From Mobula hypostoma (taxonomy: Eukaryota), in assembly GCF_963921235.1 (NCBI RefSeq), contig NC_086097.1:249986001-250050000 (forward strand): a stretch of 64,000 nucleotides of DNA, read 5' to 3'. Under the pieces are notes generated by a model. That model had not been told where the DNA came from. It did not search any database and saw nothing but the letters and a program-made list of their open reading frames with translations. Positions 13,901-25,900 of this stretch are shown one piece after another. How positions within the stretch are numbered: position 1 is the first letter of the stretch; each line of letters begins with the position of its first letter. The translations under genes were made by a program, and so were the position numbers.

Positions 13901-16900
13901 TAAGTCCCTGCACCATCCTTGTAAATTTTCCCTGCACTCTTTCAATCTTATTTACATCTTTCCTGTAAGCAGGTGACTAAAACTGGACACAATAATCCAA
14001 ATTAGGCCTTACCAGCATCTTATACAATTTCAACATAACATCACAACTCTTGGTAACTTCCTCAAAAAACTCTGTAAGATTGGTTAAACATGACTAACCT
14101 TGCACAAAGCCATGTTGACTATCCCTAATCAGTCCCTGCCTATCCAAATATTTATAATCTGGACCCTTAGAATAGCTCCAGTAACTTGCCCACTACAAAT
14201 GTCAGGCTCACCAGCCTACAATTTTCTGGTTTATTCTTAAAGCCTTTCTTAAAGAACAGAATAATATTTGCTATCCTCTAATGCCCTGGCACCTCCCTCA
14301 TGGTTAATTGAGTTTTAAATATCTCTGCTAGGACCCCTGCAATTTCTGCACTAGCCTCCTACAAGATTCGATGGAACACCTTGTCAGACCCTTAGGGATT
14401 TATCAACCTTAACTTGTCTCAAGACAAGAAGCATCTCCTCCTTTGCAATCCATATGTAGCATGTAACCTCACTGCTGTGTTGCCTCTTTTTCTATAGACT
14501 CCGTATCTGTCTCCCCTGTAAATCCAGATGCAAAAAATTCATTTAAGATCTCCCCTATTTCTTTCTTGTGGCAGTTGGAAAATTCCGTCTTCACCGGAAC
14601 ATTCTGCTACAATTCTACACTGCCATCATAGAGAGCATCCTCACATCTGCCATCACTGTCTAGTTTGGTGCAGCATTCTCTCACAATACACAAAACACTA
14701 CAGAAAAGGTCATTGGCTGCCGTCTGCCGTCACTGCAGAACCTGCATGTGTCCAGGACAAGGAAGTGGGCGGGAAAAATCATTGTGGACACTACCCTCCC
14801 ACAAAATGCCTTTTCCAAAAGTTCCTTTCTGTAAAGCACTATTGGACTCTTAAAAAAAAATCTTCACACCATCTTAGAAGTTTCTTCCCCGAGGCAGCTA
14901 ATCTGATCAACCATTCTAGTTAACCCCTCCACCTTCCTATTAGTAAACACTTCAAACCACTTTTTATAATGCTATTTATATTGTAAATGCATGCCCATTT
15001 TATTCTAGCAACACACATCAAAGTTGCTGGTGAACGCAGCAGGCCAGGCAGCATCTCTAGGAAGAAGTACAGTCGACATTTCAGGCTGAGACCCTTCGTC
15101 AGGACTAACTGAAGGAAGAGTTAGTGATGTGGTGATGCCTACACCGAAGAAGTTTAGATGCTCTCTTGTACCTCTTGCTGGAGATGCTGCCTGGCCTGCT
15201 GCGTTCACCAGCAACTTTGATGTGTGTTGCTTGAATTTCCAGCATCTGCAGAATTCCTGTTGTTCCCATTTTATTCTATATCTGTATCGTATATGATTAT
15301 ATAAATAAAATTGATCCTTGATTGTGAAAAATGCATGAAATATTTTTAAGACTATCACATCATATAGGACTGACATTATAGCGAACTGTTTGGAAATTCG
15401 GTCATTAAGGGTCTAGTAATAAATGACTGTTCATTCTCTAAAAGTTAATGTAAACATATTCAACCCTATTGCAACAAGATAATTAAGAAAATGTAAAAAG
15501 TTGACGTTAAAGAAAATGTAAAAGGAAAAGGCTATTTTCCCTAGAAAGCTGAGTTTATAGAATTCATTGCAAAGACAAAGAGTATGTTAATTGCATCTGC
15601 AAATTGTAAGAGCTAAAATGGGAACAAAACAGGAAATCTAGATAAGCACAGGAAGGAGAAGAGGATTGGAGGGTCAATTGATTTGGCCGGGTGGAGAATC
15701 TTGTGCGGTGCATAAGCTCTGTAGGCATCTTTTCAGCCACAGGACCTTTTATGTTCAATAAATATTCTCTATTGTTTTCTAAAGTATGTGTTCTTTGAGC
15801 ATCTTCAGAACAGATGCCAGAGAGTGGACAGAGAGGATTTAGGAGCAAGGTTGATCTTCAGAGGCTTGTTAAATGAGTAACATGGTTGGAAGTTTCAGGA
15901 GACTGTTAAGATGGGAAACAATTTCTCCACTCAGTCCATAAGACAAGTGAACTCCCTGCCTGGAACACCATGGCGGTGTATACTAATAGTGCACAATATC
16001 CAGCTCACCCCACTGCTACCCACAGTTGCCTCAAGTAGTATTGGTCGCTGTTGTGTTTTCAGCACCAGTTCTACTATTCCTACTTCAGGAAATTGATTGA
16101 GGAGGAAGCAGGCTGTCTGTATCCTGTGTTTTATTTGATGCTGAGAGAGCTCTCACCACAACTGTACTTCTTTCCTAAAATTGCTGAGTTCTACTCTACT
16201 ATTGTTGATACCTCACCTCATCCATGTTTTCTGTTATTGGTCCTGAAGCTTCTTGGTGTCAACTTTATTTATACGCTTGGCTTCTGAGATGGACGCAGAG
16301 TCTATCGATGTGAGGCAATGCAGCAGCGAGATCATGGACCCTTTGCACATCACAGAGGAGGAGGAGGAGGTGTTTGCTGTCTTGAGGCATATTAGGGTGG
16401 TTAAATCCCCAGAGCCTGACAGTATGCTCCCTTGGACCCTGTGAGAGGCTGGTGCAAAATTGCATAGGCTCTAGCAGAGATATTTAAAACCTCCTTAGCC
16501 ATAGGTGATGTGCCAGGGAATTGGAAGGTAGTTAATTTTGTTCCTTTGTTTAAGAAAGGCTCTAAGAATAAGCCAGGTAATTATAGGCCAGTGAGTCTGA
16601 CACAAAGTAGTGAGTAAATTATTGGAAGGTATTCTAAGGGACCAGATATATATGTATTTGAATAAACATGGACTGATTAGGGATAGTCAACGTGGCTTTG
16701 TGCATGGCAAGTTGTGTTTTAACCAATCTTACAGATTTTTTCAAGGAAGTTAATAGGAAAGTTGATGAGGGCAAGGCAGTGGATGTTGTCTACTTAGACT
16801 TTAGCGAGACCTTTGACAAGGTCTCGTATGGGAGGTTGGTCATTCAAGATGAGGCTGGGTTCAGCTGGGTTAGAAATTGGCTTCGCGGAAGAAGCCAGAG

Positions 16901-19900
16901 AGTGGCCATAGATGGTTGCCTTTCTGACTGGAGGTCTGTGACTAGTGGTGTGTGGTAAGGATCATTGCTGGGTCTGTTGTTGTTTATTGTCTAGATCAAC
17001 AATCAGGGTGATAATGTAGTTAACTGGATCAGCAAATCCAGGGTAGGTTTTACACGGTGAAAGGTAGGGCCTTCATAAATCAATGTATTCGTCCTGGTAC
17101 AGGTCAATGGAACTAGGCAGCTTAATGGTTTTGCGCAGACTAGATAGGCTGAAGAGCCTGTTTCCGTGCTGTAGTGTTCTATGACTCAAGTACCAGAATA
17201 GTTAATTTACATGTGAGGCACTATATGAATATCAGTTGTTGTCATTGGCAATTTCTTGTCATAACTGATCACAGTCCAGTGCAGTAATATAAATACTGCC
17301 CTGTTTAATGTGAAAAACATAATCCCCTCCTGTAGTTTTATAAAGGTTTCTTTTGTGGATTTTGAGTTGGCATCAAGCACATTATAGAAAATGGATTATT
17401 CATGTATGGATTAACTAATTCAGGATCAGTTTAGGACCAGTCTGTTGACCTACTAATGTTGCAGATGACATTAGAGTTCTTAGAAAAATCTTGGCGTAGT
17501 GATGGCCAGACATCATAAAACATTTTGAATTATAGCGCCAACCTTCACTTTCCTTCTGGATAGGGTTTGTTTTTCTTTAATGCCCAAGGTAATTTACTCA
17601 GAAATATTTGACTAATGGTGGGAGGACCAATTGGAATGTCGAATCTATTTTTGAGAATTATGGGTGGTAGTTTAAAAATGTTACAATGGAAATTTTAAAA
17701 TGTTATTATTGAACAGTACACCTGAGGGCAGCATCAAGCAATGAATAAAAGTAGTTCAGAAAGAAACTACATAGTTCGGATGTAACTAAAACTTAAACAC
17801 CGCATGTTTCCAAATTCACTGCCATTGTCATAATTTCAGGCAAGCTGTTTTGCTGGTTAATAACTTGGAAATAACTAGCCAATGAGTTAAAGTTCCCAAC
17901 TTGACCAGTATCAGACCTTTTGAATTCTGCATCACAGTCAAGAGTTACATTGGGATTAACAAAGTGGAGAGATAGAAGTTAAGCAAATTCTTTCTGTGTC
18001 TCTTCGTGGAAGGAAGTATGGAAAACCCCTTGGAAATATCTAAGGAGTACAGATCTGGAATGAATGAGGCTTTCAAAAAATAGTACTCATAAATCACAAA
18101 TCCTGATTTCATGCGTCATCAGGTTTTGACTGTGGTGACTGAGTCTTTTTCAGACTCTACAACTGTTCCCTTGGTTTGGAAGGTAGCAAATATAAACCCA
18201 CGATGCATTAAAAGAGGAAGTGAAAAAACATAGGGAACTATGGACAATTAGATTGATATAAATAGTAGAGAAAATGTATAATTAAGAAAGTGGCTGTGGG
18301 GCACTTAATAATACGAATGAACAGAATCAACAAGATCTGTGAAAGGGGAATCATGTTTGATCGAATTAGAATCAGGTTTATTATCACCAGCATGTGATGG
18401 GAAATTTGTTAACTTAGCAGCAGCAGTTCAATGCAATACATAATCTAGCAGAGAGAGAGAGAGAAAAAAATAATAATAAAATAAAGCATAAATAAACAAG
18501 TAAATCAATTACGTATATTGAATAGATATAAAGAATGTGCAAAAACAGAAATTCTGTATATTGAAAAAAAGTGAGTAGTGTCCAAAAGATTCAATGTCCA
18601 TTTAGGAATCGGATGGCAGAGGGGAAGAAGCTGTTTCTGAATCGCTGAGTGTGTGCCTTCAGGCTTCTGTATCTCCTACCTGATGGTAACAGTGAGAAAA
18701 GGGCATGCCCTGGATGCTGGAGGTCCTCAATAATGGACACTGCCTTTCTGAGATACCGCTCCCTAAAGATGTCCTGGGTACTTTGTAGGCTAGTGTCCAA
18801 GATGGAGCTGACTAGATTTACAGCCATCTGCAGCTTCTTTCGGTCCTGTGCAGTAGCCCCTCCATACCAGACAGTGATGCAGCCTGTCAGAATGCTCTCC
18901 ACGGTACAACTATAGAAGTTTTTGAGTGTATTTGTTGACATGCCTTCTCCTAATAAACTCCTAATAAAGTATAGCCACTGTCTTGCCTTCTTTATAACTA
19001 CATCGATATGTTGGGACCAGGTTAGATCCTCAGAGATCTTGACACCGAGGAACTTGAAGCTGCTCACTCTCTCCACTTCTGATCCCTCTATGAGGATTGG
19101 TATGTGTTCCTTCGTCTTACCCTTCCTGAAGTCCACAATCAGCTCTTTCGTCTTACTGACGTTGAGTGCCAGGTTGTTGCTGCGACACCATTCAACTAGT
19201 TGGCATATCTCACTCCTGTATGCCCTCTCATCACCACCTGTGATTCTACTAACAATGGTTGTATTGTCAGCAAATTTATACATGGTATTTGAGCTATGCC
19301 TAGCTGCACAGTTGTGTATACAGAGAATAGAGCAGTGGGCTAAGCACCCTGAGGTGCGCCAGTGTTGATCGTCAGTGAGGAGGATATGTTATCACCAATC
19401 CGTATAGACTGTGGTCTTCTGGTTAGGAAGTCGAGGATTTAATTGCAGAGGGAGGTACAGAGGCCCAGGTTCTGCAACTTTTCAATCAGGGTTGTTGGAA
19501 TGATGGTATTAAATGCTGAACTATAGTCAATGAACAGCATTCTGAACATAGAACATAGAACAGAACAGTACAGTACAGGCCCTTCGGCCCACAATGTTGG
19601 GCCGACCCTTAAACGCTGCCTCCCATAAAAGCCCCCACCTTAAATTCCTCCATATACCTGTCCGATAGACTCTTAAATTTCACTAGTGTATCTGCCTCCA
19701 CCACTGACTCCGGCAGTGCATTCCACGCACCAACCACTCTCTGAGTAAAAAACCTTCCTCTAATATCCCCCTTGAACTTCCCACCCCTTACCTTGAAGCC
19801 ATGTCCTCTTATATTGAGTAGTGGTGCCCTGGGGAAGAGGTGCTGGCTGTCCACTCAATCTATTCCTCTTAATATCTTGTATACCTCTATCATGTCTCCT

Positions 19901-22900
19901 CTCATCCTCCTTCTCTCCAAAGAGTAAAGCCCTAGCTCCCTTAATCTCTGATCATAATGTGTACTCTCTAAACCAGGCAGCATCCTGGTAAATCTCCTCT
20001 GTACCCTTTCCAATGCTTCCACATCCTTCCTATAGTGAGGTGACCAGAACTGGACACAGTACTCCAAGTGTGGCCTAACCAGAGTTTTATAGAGCTGCAT
20101 CATCACATCACGACTTTTAAACTCTATCCCTCGACTTATGAAAGCTAACACTCCATAAGCTTTCTTAACTACCCTATCTACCTGTGAGGCAACTTTCAGG
20201 GATCTGTGGACATGTACCCCCAGATCCCTCTGTTCCTCCACACTTCCTAGTATCCTGCCATTCACTTTGTACTCTGCGTTGGATTTTGTCCTTCCAAAGT
20301 GTACCACCTCACACTTCTCCGGGTTGAACTCCATCTGCCACTTCTCAGCCCACTTCTGAATCTTATCAATGTCTTTCTGCAATCTTCGGCAATTCTCTAC
20401 ACTATCCACACCACCACCAACCTTTGTGTCATCTGCAAACTTGCCAACCCACCCTTCTACCCCTACATCCAGGTTGTTAATAAAAATCACGAAAAGTAGA
20501 GGTCCCAGAACCAATCCTTGTGGGACACCACTAGTTACAACCCTCCAATCTGAATGTACTCCCTCCACCACCACCCTCTGCCTTCTGCAGGCAAGCCAAT
20601 TCTGAATCCAACTGGCCAAACTTCCCTGGATCCCATGCCTTCTAACTTTCTGAATAAGCCTACCGTGTGGAACCTTGTCAAATGCCTTACAAAAATCCAT
20701 GTAGATCACATCCACTGCACTACCCCCATCTATATGCCTGGTCACCTCCTCAAAGAACTCTATCAGGCTTGTTAGACATGATCTGCCCTTCACAAAGCAA
20801 TGCTGACTGTTCCTGATCAGACCCTGATTCTCTAAATGCCTATAGATCCTATCTCTAAGAATCTTTTCCAACAGCTTTCTCACCACAGACGTAATGCTCA
20901 CTGGTCTATAATTACCTGGACTATCCCTACTACCTTTTTTGAATAAAGGGACAACATTTGCCTCCCTCTAATCCTCTGGTACCATTCCTGTGGACAACGA
21001 GGACGTAAGGATCCTAGCCAGAGTCTCAGCAATCTCTTCCCTCGCTTTGGGGAGCAGCCTGGGGAATATTCCGTCAGGCCCCGGGGACATCCGTCCTAAT
21101 GTATTTTAACAACTCCAACACCTCCTCTCCCTTAATATCAACATGTTCCAGAACATCAACCTCACTCATATTGTCTTCACCATCAAGTTCCCTCTCATTG
21201 ATGAATACCGAAGAGAAGTATTCATTGAGGACCTTGCTCACTTTCACGGCCTCCAGGCTTCTCTTCCCATCTTTATCTCTAATCGGTCCTACCTTCACTC
21301 CTGTCATCCTTTTGTTCTTCACATAATTGAAGAATGCCTTGAAGACATGGGTGTTTGTAGACATGAGTGGTCTAAAGCTGTGTGAGAGCCATTGAGATTG
21401 CGTCTGCTGTTGACCTGTTGTGGTGATAGGCAAATTGCAATGGGTCCAGGTCCTTGCTGAGGCAGGAGTTTAGTCTAGTCATAACCAACCTCTCAAAGCA
21501 TTTCATCACTATTGAAGTGAATGCTACCAGGCGATAGTCATTAAGGCAGCCCACATTATTCTTCTTAGGCACTGGTATAATTGTTGCCTTTTTGAAGCAA
21601 GTGGGAACTTCTGCCCGTAGCAGTGAGAGGTTAAAAATGTCCTTGAATACTCCCGCTAGTTGGTTAGCACAGGTTTCAACTTCTGCCCGTAGCAGTGAGA
21701 GGTTAAAAATGTCCTTGAATACTCGTGCTAGTTGGTTAGCACAGGTTTTCAGAGCCTTACCAGGTACTCCATCGGGACCTTCTGCCTTGCAAGGGTTCAC
21801 TCTCTTTAAAGACAATCTAACATCAGCCCCTGAGACGGAGATCACAGGGTCCTCATGTGCAGCAGGAATCTTCACAGCTGTCGTTGTGTTCTCCCTTTCA
21901 AAGCGTGCATAGAAGGCGTTGAGTTCATCTGGTAGTGGATTTCACTTTGTAGGAAGTAATGTCTTGCAGACCCTGCCAGAGTTCCCGTGCATCTGATATT
22001 GCCTCCAACCTTGTTCAAAATTGTCTCTTCGCCCTTGAAATAGCCCCCAGCAAATCATACCTTGAAGGTTCTTGATATTGTAGTGAATAAAATAAATTGA
22101 GAGCAAGCCAGTTGATAAGATGTATAGTATGTAATTTTGGAGGGCCTTTGATTTAATATCACTCCGGACTTGACTGACCAAAAATAGAAGATATGAGATT
22201 TTAGTAGTATGCTTGTGTGGGCTGAGGTTTGGTCAATGGGCTGAAAACAGAGTAGGAGTAAACAGGTTGCTTTTGGGTTGGGAAGCAATGATCAGAGTTC
22301 AATACTGGAAGCTGAGCTATTCACATTTTACTTTAATGATATGGCTGATGGATTTGTATAATGTAGCTGCAAGTTTGCTTAAAATGCAATGAGGGCAGTG
22401 AGAAACTTCAGTAATACAGGCAGATTAACAAAAGGATATTGCAGATGGAATATGTGGAAAAGTTTTGAGGACATCCATTTTGGTGGTGAAAGAAAAGAAT
22501 AGGAGAGCATTTAAAATGTAATAGGTTGACAGTTTTTGATATTCAGAGGGATTCTGATGCCTTTGCACAAAATTCACAAAATTAATGTGCAGGTTCACCA
22601 ACGCTTAGGAAAGCAAGTGGTATGTTCACTTGCTGAAAGAGGATTGCGAACAAGAATGCTGATGTCTTGCTCCAATGATTTTGATATTTTCTGAGACTAC
22701 ATTTGCAGCTTAACTGATAAGTCTGGTCTCTGTACTGAAGGGAGAATATTCTGGTAATAGTGCAACAAAGCTACAGGACTATGCAAAAGTCTTGGGCACA
22801 TATACAGTTGCAAGAAAAAGTCTGTGAACCTTTTTTAGTTTCCTAGTTTTCTGCATTAATTACTTATAAAATGTGGATTTCATTTAAGTCACAATAATAG

Positions 22901-25900
22901 ACGACACAATCTGTCCAAGTTAATACAAAAACAATTGTACTTTTCATGTCTTTATTGAACACATTATTGAATCATTCACAGTCCAAGCTGGAAGAAATAT
23001 ATGAACCCTTGCATTTAGTAACTGGTAGAACCTCCTTTAGCAGCAATAACCTCCACCAAAAGTTTCCTGTCAGCTGCTGTTCAGACTTGCATATTCCTCC
23101 ATACAAAACTGTTTCAGGTTGTCAATATTTCAGGGATACCTTACGTGAACAGCCCTCTTGAGGTCATTCCATAGCATCTCAATTGGGTTAATGACTGACT
23201 TGGCCATTCCACAACATGGAATTTTCTTCTTTTTAAAGCATTCTGTTGTTGATTTAGTCTTGTGTTTCAGATCATTGTCCTGTTGCATCATCCAGCTTCT
23301 AGTAAGCTTCAATACACAAGAGTAAATCAACAATGGAATGGTTTACAAAGAAAATTCAATAGAAGCTTACAAGACGGAATACTACCCTGACATTCTCCTG
23401 TAAATTATCTTGCTACAATTTTGAATTCATTGTTCCCTCAACGATTGCAAGCTGTCCAAGCCCTCGGGCTGAAAAGTAGCTTCTAACCATGATGCTCTTT
23501 CCACCATGCTTCACAGTTGGGATGAGGTTTTTGTGTTAGTGTGCCATGCCATTTTCCATCCAAACATAGTGGTGTGCATTCCTGCCAGAAAGTTCAACTT
23601 TTGTCTCATCTGTCCATAGAAGTGTTGTGGAACATCCAGGTGGTCTTTTGCAAACTTGAGACATGCAGCAGTGTTTTTTTTTGGGAGAGCAGTGATTTTC
23701 TCAGTGAACACCATTCTTGTTCAGTGTTTTTCTTATGGTGGATACATGAACAGAGACTTCAGCAAGTTCTGGAGATTTCTGTAGATCTTTTGCTGTTACC
23801 CTTGGGTTCTTTTTCACCTCCTGCAGCATTGTACGTTGTGCTCTGGGTGTGATCTTTGTAGGACACCCACTCCTAGGGAGAGTAGCAACAGTACTGAATT
23901 TCCTCCATTTGTAGACAATTTCTCTTACCGTGGACTGAACAACACTCAAGTCTTTAGAAATGCTTTTGTAGCCTTTTCCAGCTTCATGCATCTCTACAGT
24001 TCTACTAAGGTCTTCTACTAAGTTGTCTTGTTAATTGAGGCACGGTGCACATTAACAGATCTTTCTTGAGAAGAGCAGGCTCTGTCAGTAACCTGACTTT
24101 GTGTGTCTTTTTTTTTATAGGGCAGGTCACCTCTACAACCCGCACTCCAATCTCATCTTACTGATTGGAATACCTGATTCCAAATAGCTTTTGTAGAAGG
24201 CATTACCCCAGAGGTCCACATAGTTTTTTGAACCTAGACTGTGATTGTTAAATGGTGTACTCAGTATCAACGAGAAGAAGTAGAATTGTTTGTGTGTTAT
24301 TAATGTAGATGACTGTGTTTGTCTATTATTGTGACAGATGAAGATCAGAGCATATTTTATGAGTAATTAATGCAGAAAACCAGGTAATCACAAAGGGTTT
24401 GCAAACTTTTTCTTGCAACTGTAAATAGCCAAGGTGTCTAAGCCTTTTGCATTGCCTGTATTTGTCAATGTGAAGCAGAGAGCGAGATTGTAAATCTGAC
24501 GGATTCAAAAGATGTTGGGAATGGTGAGGGTGGGAGGGTGAGAGCACAGCGGGAAGGGTGTAGGACAGGTGGCAGAGAAGGAATGCCAGGGGTGGGGGGT
24601 GGTGTGGGTGCAGGGACACCCAGCCCTGAGACACCAGGCAAGGCCATTTAATTCCAAACAATTGGTTTATTGATCATTACAGAATGTCTCTCTGGTGCTT
24701 CCTGCCCCTCCCCTCTCCTTTCCCCTTTTCCCAACCATGATTCCTTTCTCCCTGCCCCCTTCCCACTCTCAGTCCACAGTAGAGACCCATGTCAGAAACA
24801 GGCTCATCACTCACCTGTCATGAAAATTTGTTCTTTTTTTTTGCGGCAGCAGTACAATGCAATACATAAAATTACTACAGTACTGTGCAAAAGTCTTAGG
24901 TACCCTAGCTATATATATGTGCCTAAGTCTTTGACACAGTGTTGTACATCAGTGGAATTTCTGGAATTATTGTGTTGATTGTATGAAGAGAGGTTGATCA
25001 GACTGGATCTGGAGTTTAGAAGAATGAGAAGTGATTTCATTTTAAATCCTTGGGCTCTTCAGAATCAGAATCAAGATGGATGCAGATTTGATGTTCCTGT
25101 TGTATTACAATTAACACAATAATTCCAGACCTGCTTCAAAATAGAGGGTCAGCTATTCGAAGTAGATGCAGATTTGAATCAAAAATGCAGATTTGATGTT
25201 TCTGTCGCTGATGGGTGTCCAGACCTGCTTCAGAGTAGAGCGTCAGCTATTCAAGGCAAAGACAAGGGGCAGCTTGTTCATGAAAGCCAAAGTGAAGGAT
25301 AATCCAAAGAGCTTTTACAGGTATATTAAGAGCAAAAGGATTGTAAGGGATAAAATTGGTCCTCTTGAAGATCGGAGTGGTCGGCTATGTGTGGAACCAA
25401 AGGAAATGGGGGAGATCTTAAATAGGTTTTTTGCATCTGTATTTACTAAGAAAACTGGCATGAAGTCTATGGAATTAAGGGAAACAAGTAGTGAGATCAT
25501 GGAAACTGTATAGATTGAAAAGGAGGAGGTGCTTGCTGTCTTGAGGAAAATTAAAGTGGATAAATCCCCGTGACCTGACAGGGTGTTCCCTCGGACCTTG
25601 AAGGAGACTAGTGTTGAAATTGCAGGGGCCCTGGCAGAAATATTTAAAATGTCGCTGTCTACAGGTGAGGTGCCGGAGGATTGGAGATTGCCTCATGTTG
25701 TTCCGTTGTTTAAAAAAGGATCGAAAAGTAATCTGGGAAATTATAGGCCGGTAAATTTAACGTCGGTAGTAGGTAAGTTATTGGAGGGAGCACTAAGAGA
25801 CAGAATCTACAAGCATTTGGATAGACAGGGACTTATTAGGGAGAGTCAACATGGCTTTGTGCGTGGTAAGTCATGTTTGACTAATCTATTGGAGTTTTTC

